A program made the translations under genes and the position numbers. The notes below the pieces were generated by a model. That model saw only the letters and a program-made list of their open reading frames with translations. It had not been told where the DNA came from and did not search any database. A DNA stretch of 64,000 bases, taken from an uncultured delta proteobacterium (GTDB taxonomy: Bacteria > Desulfobacterota > Binatia > Binatales > Binataceae). Positions 49,364 to 58,901 of this stretch are shown piece by piece. The number at the start of each line of letters is the position of its first letter. Positions within the stretch are counted from its first letter, which is position 1. Location of the stretch: contig CAVXXK010000006.1 in NCBI GenBank assembly GCA_963765675.1, positions 160,001 to 224,000 of the forward strand. Reading direction: 5' to 3'.

Positions 49364-49804
49364 TTAGCTCTCTTCGTCCTCGACCGCCTGGCGGATCGAG
49401 TTCAGGATGAACAGGTACTGCCGCGGCGACGAAACCTTTCCGAGCAGATTGACCTGGTTGAGTACCTTGAGCTCGCGCGAGGTTACGCCGTTGCGCGCCA
49501 GCAGCGCGCGATCGGACGCGAAACGCTTCCACGAGAGGTCGCGATGGTTCGACGGCGCCGCCTCCCGCTCTTTGGTTACGAGCGCGCGCGCCTCGGGATG
49601 GGTCAGCAGGAATAGTCCCTGCTTGTCGAGCCCGAGTGTCTCAGCGATCCGTGACAGAAGTGAAAGGGAAGGGCGGCGGCGGCCGTTCTCCAGATAGGCG
49701 ATATGACTCGCCTTCACTCCCAGTTTGTGCGCGAGCTCGCGTTGCGTTAGCGAGAAAGCCTCGCGCTGCGCCTTGAGTACCTGTCCGAGGGTCTTCTTTT
49801 TCAT
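49364..49804 (-). CDS. XRE-family HTH regulator with C-terminal extension
   Basis: LTQRELAHKLGVKASHIAYLENGRRRPSLSLL; ATG overlaps the upstream peptidase stop (ATGA). Confidence 0.9.
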   Translation of the reverse strand: MKKKTLGQVLKAQREAFSLTQRELAHKLGVKASHIAYLENGRRRPSLSLLSRIAETLGLDKQGLFLLTHPEARALVTKEREAAPSNHRDLSWKRFASDRALLARNGVTSRELKVLNQVNLLGKVSSPRQYLFILNSIRQAVEDEES

Positions 49805-50622
49805 AGGTCGTACTCCGCAAGTAATGCCCACCGTAATTTGGCGTAGTGGATCATTCCAGCGAGATAATTTAATCGTTGATGTGCCGGTAATGCGGCGGTG
49901 AAGTCAAGCTCAAAGCGTCCTTCCGCGTGCTTGCGCACGGTCTGAAATTCCTGTTCCGAAAGACGTCCGACCTTGGCTACCAAGCCCCAGTTCCATGGGC
50001 GCACGAAAATCTTTCGCGCCACAGCCGCCGGATATCCGCACAGGCTGACCATCATGTCGGCGGCCAGCTCGATCGGATCGTCGAGATGGTCCGCGTATGC
50101 GGCGTCATAGAAAAAATGCACTCCCTCTTGCGGATCGCCGAATAGCCGCGAGGTCAGGTGGTGTCCTATTTCGTGACAAAAGGTGCTCGATACCGCACCG
50201 GGGTGATGCGCGGTGTTCACATATATGAGCGGCCGTTTCAGCACCTGCTGTCTCTTCTCGACGTAGAAGCCTCGCAGCGCCAGCCCTTCGGGGCCGTCGT
50301 AGGGTGAAGCCTGCAAATGTATCTTCAGGTCGGCGGTCATTTGATACGCACGCCGCTCGAACTGCTGCTGGTGCGCAATGTTCAATTGCGCCCGGTTGAG
50401 ATTGGGCCAGACGCGGCGCGCGCTTGAAATGATCTCAAGAATCATGCCGTACGGAAGATGGCGCCGCAAAGATCGAACGTAGTCGCGGCGAGCGAGTCGA
50501 TCGATATCTCTCGAGGGGTTTCGCCAAGCTTTCAGGTGACTGCGTTCTGCCCCACGGGTGGTGGCAAGAATTTCAGCAGTAAGTTTTGCGATCGCGCTTT
50601 GCGTGGCCGGTTTGTCTTTCAC
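49801..50622 (-). CDS. ImmA/IrrE family Zn metallopeptidase
   Basis: LRGFY...LIYVN...FCHEIGHH...IELAADMM (HExxH plus downstream E..A). Confidence 0.82.
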   Translation of the reverse strand: MKDKPATQSAIAKLTAEILATTRGAERSHLKAWRNPSRDIDRLARRDYVRSLRRHLPYGMILEIISSARRVWPNLNRAQLNIAHQQQFERRAYQMTADLKIHLQASPYDGPEGLALRGFYVEKRQQVLKRPLIYVNTAHHPGAVSSTFCHEIGHHLTSRLFGDPQEGVHFFYDAAYADHLDDPIELAADMMVSLCGYPAAVARKIFVRPWNWGLVAKVGRLSEQEFQTVRKHAEGRFELDFTAALPAHQRLNYLAGMIHYAKLRWALLAEYDL

Positions 50623-51035
50623 GCCTGATAACTCTCATCCACTCGCAGGTTCACCTTAAATTGACTGACGGTGTTGATGCAAACGCGATGTCAACGCCGC
50701 TTAGCGCAGTTGCGTACACATTTAGACTATGTTAAGTGGACTGGTGGTTAGCATAATTGCTGTCGTCATGATGCTTTTGGGCCGCGTGCATCTGCTGCGG
50801 CCCTGTCTGGCGGTGGGTTCGGCAGTGCTGATTGTATAAAAGCCGAGCCGCTCTTCGCGCGGTTTTCCGGGGGCGAAGGTGAAGGGGGGCCTTCGCCCGC
50901 TTTTCTTGCCTGGTCAATTCCATCCGTCGATTCCGCTCTGCGTTGCCGTGAGCGGCGCGCGCACTTCCTCGCTCCCTCCCACTGTTCTCTACGGAACAAC
51001 CGGGGAATTTTCCCCGTATAGGAGGAAGAACTGCT

Positions 51036-51749
51036 ATGGAACTGCGTCTGATGAAATCGGAGACGGAGCGGCGCATCTTCGGACAACGGATGGACGAGGC
51101 GCGAGCCAGACACGGCGTCGGGTTCAAGGAAACCTCGCGCTCTGCGCTCGGAAGGGTGCACATGGCCTTCGGCGAATTGTATGCGCTGTTCGAAAAGGAG
51201 AATGAGCCGATAGAGCGCGCGATGTCCGGATTTGCGATGCACGACCTCGAAACATTCCCGCAGAGTTACCCGAAGCCCGACCTGACTCACTACCCGGCGT
51301 GGTCGGTGATCGAATGCGGCGAGCTGTGGTCGTTCTCCAAGGGCGCCGGAATCCTGGCGCGGCGTGGCGCGGCGATTATCGGCGGCCTTCGGATGGCGCG
51401 AGCGATGCTCGTCTATCCAATCGTAAGGCCGTGGGACGGCACGATCTCTTACACCCAGACCCGTTTCACCAAACCCTGCGAGCCGGTGGCATTTCCTTAC
51501 GGTGTTTCGACCACCGGTGAAGCAATCTGGGTGCAGCCGATGGTCCTTGAGGGGGAGGCTCTTCAAAACCTGACTCGCAAGGTGTTTGCGCTCGGATTCG
51601 AGACCCAGAAGGATCACTCGATCCTGCGTTTTGAAAATCCAATCGCGCTCAAGCCATCGCTCGACCATCCGGCCTTCGATTTCACCGCTCCTCAGGCTGC
51701 TGTGTCCTCAAACGGTCATGGTGAGATGAATGGAAACGCGCACGCCTGA
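51036..51749 (+). CDS. Hypothetical protein, possible GNAT/acyltransferase-like fold
   Basis: Strong GGAGG RBS; VIECGELWSFSKGAG resembles the core strand of thermostable-hemolysin/LuxI-like GNATs. Fold assignment is inference. Confidence 0.6.
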   Translation: MELRLMKSETERRIFGQRMDEARARHGVGFKETSRSALGRVHMAFGELYALFEKENEPIERAMSGFAMHDLETFPQSYPKPDLTHYPAWSVIECGELWSFSKGAGILARRGAAIIGGLRMARAMLVYPIVRPWDGTISYTQTRFTKPCEPVAFPYGVSTTGEAIWVQPMVLEGEALQNLTRKVFALGFETQKDHSILRFENPIALKPSLDHPAFDFTAPQAAVSSNGHGEMNGNAHA

Positions 51750-51776
51750 CGCGCCCAATCCGTAGGTAGTAAAAGA

Positions 51777-51813
51777 GACGGGCGCGGCATCCTTCAAGGC
51801 TGCCGCGCCCGTC
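51777..51813. terminator. Bidirectional intrinsic terminator
   Basis: GACGGGCGCGGCA...TGCCGCGCCCGTC stem between convergent genes, with A-run before and T-run after. Confidence 0.7.
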
Positions 51814-51839
51814 GATTTTGAAAGCAAAGGAAAGCGCGG

Positions 51840-52310
51840 CTATCCGCGGCCTGGCGGCGGCACCTGCGGCTTATGGCATCCGCCGCCAGCGACGCAATTC
51901 AATCCGGCGCCCAGATAGATCAGTCCCGCGCGAATCGGAAAGAATGCATAGTTGAGCGGAGTGTCGATCGGGTCAAAGGGAGTCGGCGGCTGGTTCGCCT
52001 CTTCGATTTTCTGCTTGGTCGCTTCTGCCGGCTCGATATGCTGGATGGTGGCGACGCGATTGTTCGCGCCGAAGATTGCGACCTGGCCCGAATCAAGCCA
52101 CACGTAGCGCAACACCGTGGCGCCCGGATGATTCGGATCGGCGATCGAGTCCTTCAAGTCGGGCTGGCCCATCGCGTCCGTCGCCTGATCCGGGGTCATC
52201 CCGGCTGCAAGGGCGGAGTTGCCCGAACTCGCGCTGGTGGAACATGACGCGGCCGCGAACGCGAGCATCAGGATCAGAACTGGCGCAATATTGCCTATGC
52301 GACGCAACAT
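51840..52310 (-). CDS. Lipoprotein, possibly SmpA/BamE-like
   Basis: Lipobox AASC; GMTPDQATDAMGQPD motif. Confidence 0.65.
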   Translation of the reverse strand: MLRRIGNIAPVLILMLAFAAASCSTSASSGNSALAAGMTPDQATDAMGQPDLKDSIADPNHPGATVLRYVWLDSGQVAIFGANNRVATIQHIEPAEATKQKIEEANQPPTPFDPIDTPLNYAFFPIRAGLIYLGAGLNCVAGGGCHKPQVPPPGRG

Positions 52311-52400
52311 CAATTCACTCTCCCCAGCTAGAAGCTTGGAGCTAACATACCCCATATGCCGCGGCAACCACGAATTATTGCGGGCTCGAGCGCCGCAGCC

Positions 52401-52739
52401 GTGAGAGATTCTTCTTCCGGGCGTCTTTTCGTGTATGGAACGTTGATCGAGCCCGCCGAACGGGCCCGTCTATTGCGGCGGGAAATCGCTGCCGTGCCTG
52501 CTACCCTGAACGGCTTCGAGCGTGGCCGATCGCGCCATTTCTACGTCATCCCCAAGGCTGACGCGGAAGTAGAGGGAGCAATTCTGCGCGGACTTAAGCC
52601 GCGCGACTTTGCGATCCTCGACCAGTACGAAGACGTGCCGAGGCTCTACACTCGCGAGATGATCGAGATCGCGCAGGATGCGGATCACGCGCTGCGATGC
52701 TGGATATATCTGCCTACGGGATGGGAGAGGAGCGGCTGA
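52401..52739 (+). CDS. Gamma-glutamylcyclotransferase (AIG2-like) family
   Basis: LFVYGTL...LDQYE...LYTR...CWIY. Confidence 0.82.
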   Translation: MRDSSSGRLFVYGTLIEPAERARLLRREIAAVPATLNGFERGRSRHFYVIPKADAEVEGAILRGLKPRDFAILDQYEDVPRLYTREMIEIAQDADHALRCWIYLPTGWERSG

Positions 52740-52757
52740 CTGGCGCCGGCGATGCGC

Positions 52758-52949
52758 TCAGTCGTAAGGATGAAACAGCTCCTCGAACTCGCGGGCGACC
52801 GATCGCAGCGGAATCTGCATCGAAAATTCGCGTCGCGAGAACCAGGGTAAGAAGATCGCGAAGCGGCGCAGGCTGCCGGTTTTCGAGCGGCTGTCCCGCT
52901 TGGTTCGGGTTTCGTAATCAACGGCTGGCTTCAGCTGCGACAATTCCAT
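52758..52949 (-). CDS. Possible small hypothetical protein (63 aa)
   Basis: GGGGAG upstream of ATG (MELSQLK...) in an otherwise empty 400-bp gap. Confidence 0.3.
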   Translation of the reverse strand: MELSQLKPAVDYETRTKRDSRSKTGSLRRFAIFLPWFSRREFSMQIPLRSVAREFEELFHPYD

Positions 52950-53139
52950 CGGCGTTCTCGCTCCCCGGCGTTTCGCGATAGATACTGGTGCAGGTCTGAT
53001 GAGCAAGGCTCATGCCCGTCAGATAAACCGTGTCTAGGCACGTCTAAACCCAACAGTACGTCAAACTCGTGGCGCGATTGCAACAAATCCGGACAGTATA
53101 CACGACTATCGGCTTGATTTTGCTACAAGAAGGAGAGAT

Positions 53140-54567
53140 TCAAGCGCGTGGCTTCACCGGAGCCGACGGCTTGGACTCGCCGCGCTTGAGCCCGAACTTA
53201 TCGATCCGGTATTGCAGCGTGCGATAGCTCATTCCGAGCATCTTGGCCGCCTTGGCGATAACCCAGTCGCTCTTTTCCATTGCCTGCAGAATCAGGTCGC
53301 GTTCGAAGTTTTCGAAATTCATTCCTTCCGGTGGAATATCGAATCCGTCGCCGCTGCGCGCAGAGCGGTCGCCGGATTTCGACAGGGTTTTGCGCGATAG
53401 CACTTCCTGCGGCAGATCCCGCGGCATTACGGTTTCGCCCTCGCACAGAAGAATGGCGCGCTCGATCGCGGATTCGAGCTGGCGCACGTTGCCGGGCCAC
53501 GAGTAATCGATCAGGACTTCCATCGCCTCGCGGCCGATCTCTTTGACGCGGGATTCGGCGAGATGGCCGAACTTGGCGAGCGCGTGATTCGCGAGCAGCG
53601 GTATATCGCCGCGCCGGTCGCGCAACGGCGGCAGAGTGATCGTCACGACGTTTATCCGGTAGTAGAGATCCTCGCGGAAACGCCCTTCGGATACTTCCTC
53701 GGCCAGACTCTTGTTGGTGGCCGCGACCAGACGGACGTCGACGTGGAACGACTCGTTGCCGCCGACGCGCCGGACCTCGCGTTCCTGCAGCACGCGCAGG
53801 ATTTTTGCCTGCAAGCCCTGCGGCAGATCGGCGATCTCGTCGAGGAACAGGGTCGATTTATCCGCCGTCTCGAACAGGCCCTGCTTGCGTTCGGTCGCGC
53901 CTGTGAACGCGCCGCGCTCGTGGCCGAAAAACTCGTTTTCGATGAGCGTGTCGGGAATCGCCGAGCAGTTGATCGCGACGAACTGGCGCTGCGCGCGCGG
54001 CGACAGGCGATGAATCCCGCGCGCCACCACCTCTTTTCCGGTGCCGCTTTCGCCCTGGATCAGCACCGTCGAGTTCGACTGAGCGACCTTGCGCATCATC
54101 CGGATCACTTCCTGGATCGCGGGGTCCTGTCCGATAATGCCTTCGACCTCGAACTTGCCTTCGAGCTTGCGCTTGAGGAGCTGGTTCTCCTGTTGCAGGT
54201 TGGCGAGCTCGGCCGCCTTTGCGACCGTCATCACCAATGTCTCGCGGTCCGTCGGCTTGGCCAGGTAATAGAACGCGCCGTTTTTCATCGCCTGCACGGC
54301 GCTGTCGATGGTTCCGTGCGCGGTCAGCACGACGACCTGCGCCGAAGGGTAGGCCACGTGCACCTTGGCGAGCAGCTCGTCGCCCGACATTCCGGGCATC
54401 ATCAGGTCGGTCAGCACGACGTCGAAGCGCGACAGCCCGAGCAGCTCCATCGCGCGCTTGCCCACTGCGGCTTCTTCGACGGCAAAGCCTTCCTCGCGCA
54501 GCGTCTCGGCGGTTATCTGGCGTTCAAGGTCGTTGTCTTCAACGACCAATACGGAAGCCTGGCTCAT
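53140..54567 (-). CDS. Sigma-54-dependent NtrC-family response regulator
   Basis: Receiver domain (DLMMP), GESGTGKE, GAFTGA, WPGNVRQL, Fis-type HTH. Confidence 0.95.
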   Translation of the reverse strand: MSQASVLVVEDNDLERQITAETLREEGFAVEEAAVGKRAMELLGLSRFDVVLTDLMMPGMSGDELLAKVHVAYPSAQVVVLTAHGTIDSAVQAMKNGAFYYLAKPTDRETLVMTVAKAAELANLQQENQLLKRKLEGKFEVEGIIGQDPAIQEVIRMMRKVAQSNSTVLIQGESGTGKEVVARGIHRLSPRAQRQFVAINCSAIPDTLIENEFFGHERGAFTGATERKQGLFETADKSTLFLDEIADLPQGLQAKILRVLQEREVRRVGGNESFHVDVRLVAATNKSLAEEVSEGRFREDLYYRINVVTITLPPLRDRRGDIPLLANHALAKFGHLAESRVKEIGREAMEVLIDYSWPGNVRQLESAIERAILLCEGETVMPRDLPQEVLSRKTLSKSGDRSARSGDGFDIPPEGMNFENFERDLILQAMEKSDWVIAKAAKMLGMSYRTLQYRIDKFGLKRGESKPSAPVKPRA

Positions 54568-56030
54568 TGCTGGATGCCTACCCCGGTCTGCGGAAATGTA
54601 AAAGTGACGATAGTGCCGGGGCCCGGATGATTCGGACCGATCACGATTGTCCCGCCGTGTTTTTCAACTATCGCTTTGGACAGGAACAGTCCGAGTCCTA
54701 TCCCCTCGCGTTTGGTGGTGAAGAAGGGTTCGAAGACATGGGCGGCCGCGTCGGGCTCGATTCCGGCGCCGGTGTCGATAAAGGAGAGGACCAGGTGATC
54801 GTCTTCGCGCGCGAAATTGATCTTGAGCGTGCCGCCTTCGGGCATCGCCTGTACGCCGTTGGCGACCACGTTCATGAAACAGGTGCGCAGCTTTTCCGCG
54901 TCGACGTTCAGGATCGTCGGGACACCGTCGGCGTTCTCGATCACTTCGATATCCTGGCTCTTCATTTTCGATTCCGAGATCGCGAGCACGCCTTCGACCA
55001 GCGATTTCACGTCGGTGGGTGCGGGATGAATCTCGATTGGGCGCCCGTAATGTAAAAAGCTCTGCACCAGCTCGGTCAGGCGCCGAACTTCGTCTTTCAT
55101 CAGCATCACCTGGCGCACGAAGTTATCTGAATCCTGCGTCAGCATCCGCGCGTAGCGCGTGCGCAACTGATCGAGGGCAAGACTGATGAAGTTGAGCGGA
55201 TTCTTTATCTCGTGGGCGAGTCCTCCGGCCAACTGCCCAAGCGCGGTGAAACGCTCGAGGCGGTTCAGCTCCTGCTCGCGTTCGCGCGCATGGCGCAACT
55301 GCTCGACCATCTCATTGAAGCTGCGGGTGAGAAGTCCAATCTCGTCGCGGCGATGCGCTTCGGGCACCGGTTCGAGGCCCCGCGCCGCGATATTTTGCGC
55401 GGCGTCGGCGACTGCGTGAATCGGCTTTACGTAACGATCGGCCAGGATATACGCGAACACCAGCCCGAGCGCGAAGATTCCGAATGCGACGTAAAGCTGA
55501 TGCATCCGAGTCGTCGCAAGCGGCTGCGCGAAGTCGCCGAAGTTCGCCACCACCTGCACGTAGCCGAGCAGATGATCCTCGACCTCGACCGGAATCAGAT
55601 AGACGGTGGTGGCTTTCGATTCCGGCCCGAGCTTGGTCGCGGGTATCGTCAGAATCTCGCTGCCCTGTTTGAGCTGCTCGGCGACCACCTTGTCGGCCGA
55701 ACGCGGAACCAGCTCGGCGCCGATCAGGCGCGGATTCGAACTGTTGATGATCAAGTTGCGCGACGAGGCGATCGAAACCTCGAGCCCGCTGGAGTGCAGG
55801 CTGTTCACGTAGTTCGGCAGCCGGTCGCGATCGGTGTTGCCGACCGAGGTCAGCTCCTGGACGCTGATTTGAATCGCGCTGGCGAGATCCTTGACCCTCT
55901 GCTCGGTGGTCTCGATTATCGCGGCCTGGGTGCCGAGGCTGAACCAGACCTCCGCGCCGAGGGTCAGCGCGAGCAGCACGACCATCAAGAGGATCAGTTT
56001 CGCCTTGAGATTTAGGGCAGGTATCGTCAT
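54564..56030 (-). CDS. HAMP-domain sensor histidine kinase
   Basis: Two TMs, RRDEIGLL HAMP, LAHEIKNPL, N box, DTGAGI, FFTTK, GIGLGL. Confidence 0.95.
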   Translation of the reverse strand: MTIPALNLKAKLILLMVVLLALTLGAEVWFSLGTQAAIIETTEQRVKDLASAIQISVQELTSVGNTDRDRLPNYVNSLHSSGLEVSIASSRNLIINSSNPRLIGAELVPRSADKVVAEQLKQGSEILTIPATKLGPESKATTVYLIPVEVEDHLLGYVQVVANFGDFAQPLATTRMHQLYVAFGIFALGLVFAYILADRYVKPIHAVADAAQNIAARGLEPVPEAHRRDEIGLLTRSFNEMVEQLRHAREREQELNRLERFTALGQLAGGLAHEIKNPLNFISLALDQLRTRYARMLTQDSDNFVRQVMLMKDEVRRLTELVQSFLHYGRPIEIHPAPTDVKSLVEGVLAISESKMKSQDIEVIENADGVPTILNVDAEKLRTCFMNVVANGVQAMPEGGTLKINFAREDDHLVLSFIDTGAGIEPDAAAHVFEPFFTTKREGIGLGLFLSKAIVEKHGGTIVIGPNHPGPGTIVTFTFPQTGVGIQQ

Positions 56031-56082
56031 TGGGATTTAGCTTGGGAATCTAGCTTAGGCCTGCGACCCCAGGTGCCAGTTT

Positions 56083-56691
56083 TCAGGTCCCGCTAGCGCT
56101 GGATTTCCGGAGCACCAGGAGCCGGGTTCCGTACACCGCCAGCGAGAGCACCACTACGACCCAGATAACGCGCTCGAAGCCGCCTACGTAATGGATCGCC
56201 ACTTCGAGCTGTCCGCCGAACAGGTAGCCGATCGAGACCACAATCGGTACCGAGATCAATGCGCCCAAAAGATCGTAAACAAAGAACCGCAATGGAGTAA
56301 CCCCGAACGAACCCGCGCTCAGATAGATGAGAGCGCGCAAGCCAGCCAGGAACCGGGCGTAGAAAATCGCGCGATGACCGTGGCGTTCCATGAAATCGCG
56401 GATTCGATCGATCTGAACCTTGGTTCCCGGCCGGTTGATTCCGAAATACCGCACCAACCCGGTGCCGAAGCGGCGTCCGAGAAAAAACAGCGAGTTGTCG
56501 CCCACGACCACTCCGACCAGCGCCACCGCCAGCGTCATCGGGTAGTGCGTGATTCCGCGATGCACCAGAAAGCCGCCCGCCAGCAATGCCACGTCTTCGG
56601 GCAACGGCAGCCCAAGTCCGCACAACATCAAAACCACGAACAATCCCACATACGTGAAATGCTCGATGTAGGCGGATACCAGGGCTAACAA
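56083..56691 (-). CDS. DedA family membrane protein
   Basis: GLPLPED, GDNSLFFLGR, FYARFLAGLR. Confidence 0.92.
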   Translation of the reverse strand: MLALVSAYIEHFTYVGLFVVLMLCGLGLPLPEDVALLAGGFLVHRGITHYPMTLAVALVGVVVGDNSLFFLGRRFGTGLVRYFGINRPGTKVQIDRIRDFMERHGHRAIFYARFLAGLRALIYLSAGSFGVTPLRFFVYDLLGALISVPIVVSIGYLFGGQLEVAIHYVGGFERVIWVVVVLSLAVYGTRLLVLRKSSASGT

Positions 56692-56694
56692 GCT

Positions 56695-57147
56695 TCAGTC
56701 CCCGTTTGCGTATCGCGCCCGGAGCGAATCACGGATCTGTTCCACTGGCATCCCCTGGCGCGCGAGCTGCTCGGCCTCGATAGCCTCTCCGGTGCAGATC
56801 GCGCAGGTGCTGCCATGCTTGTCGCGGAAGCAATCGAGCAAATTCTTATGTCCCTCGGTCCGGTCGCATCCGCAATAACAATGCATCTGCGCGAGCAGCG
56901 CCGGATCGTCCTGCGCGACCTGGTAGGCCTTTTTCACATCGCCCTGGAACAGTTGCGGATCGAGTGTCAGCCGCAGCTTTGCCGCGGGATCGGGGCTGCC
57001 GGCGCTGCTTGCCACCTGTCCGTCCGCTTGCGCAGAAGGCTCCGGGGTCTGGCCGAAAAACGCATACGCAGCCGCCGCTATCAATAGTAGCGCGAGTACG
57101 ACTCCAACGATTCCTTTGGTGCTGGTCGGCATCAGGCAACTCTTCAT
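56695..57147 (-). CDS. PCYCGC/CYCxC-motif membrane-anchored protein
   Basis: HCYCGC, GHKNLLDCF, HGSTCAIC. Confidence 0.82.
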   Translation of the reverse strand: MKSCLMPTSTKGIVGVVLALLLIAAAAYAFFGQTPEPSAQADGQVASSAGSPDPAAKLRLTLDPQLFQGDVKKAYQVAQDDPALLAQMHCYCGCDRTEGHKNLLDCFRDKHGSTCAICTGEAIEAEQLARQGMPVEQIRDSLRARYANGD

Positions 57148-57153
57148 ATACGA

Positions 57154-57858
57154 TTATAGCATTTCAATCATCTGGAGGCTCTGCCGAGTAAAGGCGTACA
57201 GGGCCGCCGGGCGATGCGGTCCGCGGCGGGTCTGCTTAAGCCGCCGGAGCAGCCCCATCGCGAGAATCCTGCGCCGGAAGTTGCGCCGATCGATCGGGCG
57301 GTCGAGAATCCGCGAGTAAAGCTCCTCAAATTCGGCGAAAGTGAACACGCGCGGCAGCAGCGCATACGCGATATTGCTGTACTCGAGCTTCGATCGCAGC
57401 CGCCTGAACGCATACGCCGCCATCAGCGAATGATCGTACGCCAGCGGCGGCAGCGCCTTGACCTCGAACCATCCGCGCTCGCCATACTTGGACGACGGAC
57501 CCGTGACCGCGCCCGCATCGGGGATGAGCGCCATGTAGGCGGCCGACACGACGTGCGAATGCGGATCGCGCGAGGGATCGCCGAAGGTGAAGAGCTGCTC
57601 CAGGTAGGCGTCCGCGAGGCCGGTCGAGGCGCGCAGCTCGCGCCGTGCCGCGTCGTCGAGCAGCTCTCCTATCCGCACCAGGCCTCCGGGAAACGCCCAC
57701 TTGCCGCGCGCAGGTCCGCGCCGCAGCCGCACCAGGTAGGTCTTGAGTTTGCGCTCCTGGATCGCGAACAAAACCGTATCGACCGCGACCTTCGGCCGTG
57801 CGACGCGGCGTTCGCGATGCGCCGGCTCGGCGCTCGAGATTGCGGACGCGACGCTCAG
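57154..57858 (-). CDS. nrtR: NrtR-family Nudix/wHTH regulator
   Basis: VAVDTV, WAFPGG, YLEQLFTFGDPSRDP, LAYDH, DRRNFRR, HRPAALY; directly downstream of nadA. Start appears non-canonical. Confidence 0.85.
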   Translation of the reverse strand: MSVASAISSAEPAHRERRVARPKVAVDTVLFAIQERKLKTYLVRLRRGPARGKWAFPGGLVRIGELLDDAARRELRASTGLADAYLEQLFTFGDPSRDPHSHVVSAAYMALIPDAGAVTGPSSKYGERGWFEVKALPPLAYDHSLMAAYAFRRLRSKLEYSNIAYALLPRVFTFAEFEELYSRILDRPIDRRNFRRRILAMGLLRRLKQTRRGPHRPAALYAFTRQSLQMIEML

Positions 57859-58883
57859 GCGCTCAGCTCCAGCATACGCTCCAGCGCGCGCTTTGCGCCC
57901 TCGCGCACCTCGTCGCTGAGCGTGATCTCGTAGCGCAGATGGGTGAGCGAATCGAGCGTGCCTTCGAGCGTGATCATCTTCATGAAGCGGCATAGTTTGC
58001 ACGCCTTGTAGAAGCGCTTGTCGGGAATCTCCATCAGCAGGCGGTCGGAGAGTCCGCACTCGGTGACCACCAGAAATTTCTCCGCGTCACTCGCGCGCGC
58101 ATACTCGACCATCGCGCTGGTCGAGAGCACCGCATCCGCCAGCGCGAGAACGTCTTTGCGGCACTCCGGATGCGCCAGCACCTTGATTCCGGGAATCGAA
58201 TTTTTCACCCGGCTCACTTCTTCCGGAGTGATCTGATGATGCACGTAGCAATTGCCGTCCCACGAGATGACGCGCTTCTTCGTGTTGCCCTGCACGTAGT
58301 TGGCGAGGTTCTGGTCCGGAACGAACAGGATATTTTCCGAATCGATTCGCTCGACAATCTTGACCGCGTTGGCCGAGGTGCAGCACGCATCCGAGAGCGC
58401 CTTCACGTCGGCGGTACAGTTCACGTACGACACCACTTTGAGGTCGGGATAGATCGCCTGCAACTCGGCTTTGCGCTCGGCCAGCGCGTCGGCGGTGACG
58501 GCGTCGGCCAGCGAACACCCGGCGCGCAGATCGGGCAGCAGCACCTTGCGATTCGGATTGAAGACCTTGGCGGTCTCCGCCATGAAATGGACGCCGCAAA
58601 AGACAATCACGTCGGCGTCGCGGACGTCGCGCGCTTTGCGAGCAAGCTCGAGCGAGTCGCCGATAAAATCCGCGACTTCGAAAATCTCTGGCCGCTGGTA
58701 GTTGTGCGCCAGGATCACGGCGCGGCGCTCGCGCTTCAAGCGGACAATCTCGGCGATGGTACCGGCCAATCTGGCGCAGGTCTCGGGGTTGTAGCTGTCA
58801 TCGCCCAGGGCGGCGAGCTTGGCGAACAGCGCGTCGGCGGAAATCGCCGCCGCACTGTGGGAAGTTTCTGTTGATAGGGTCAC
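57855..58883 (-). CDS. nadA: Quinolinate synthase
   Basis: ILAHNYQ, GDSL, FCGVHFMAE, AGCSLAD, CYVH, AHPEC, CRFMK. Confidence 0.96.
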   Translation of the reverse strand: MTLSTETSHSAAAISADALFAKLAALGDDSYNPETCARLAGTIAEIVRLKRERRAVILAHNYQRPEIFEVADFIGDSLELARKARDVRDADVIVFCGVHFMAETAKVFNPNRKVLLPDLRAGCSLADAVTADALAERKAELQAIYPDLKVVSYVNCTADVKALSDACCTSANAVKIVERIDSENILFVPDQNLANYVQGNTKKRVISWDGNCYVHHQITPEEVSRVKNSIPGIKVLAHPECRKDVLALADAVLSTSAMVEYARASDAEKFLVVTECGLSDRLLMEIPDKRFYKACKLCRFMKMITLEGTLDSLTHLRYEITLSDEVREGAKRALERMLELSA

Positions 58884-58901
58884 GATCGATCCTCGATCTA
58901 C

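Noticed and set aside
50710-50737. dif-like site (CTATGTTAAGT resembles a XerD arm)
   Set aside because: The XerC-side arm lacks the ATAA end and the overall match is poor.
50766-51668. 300-aa minus-strand ORF
   Set aside because: Antisense to the RBS-supported 51036-51749 gene and lacks recognisable features.
53110-53123. Sigma-54 promoter-like GGCTTGATTTTGC
   Set aside because: GG-to-GC spacing is 9 nt rather than 10, and it points into the 3' end of a convergent gene.
56695-57147. Possible selenoprotein (CYCxC family)
   Set aside because: All motif positions are Cys codons; no in-frame TGA.
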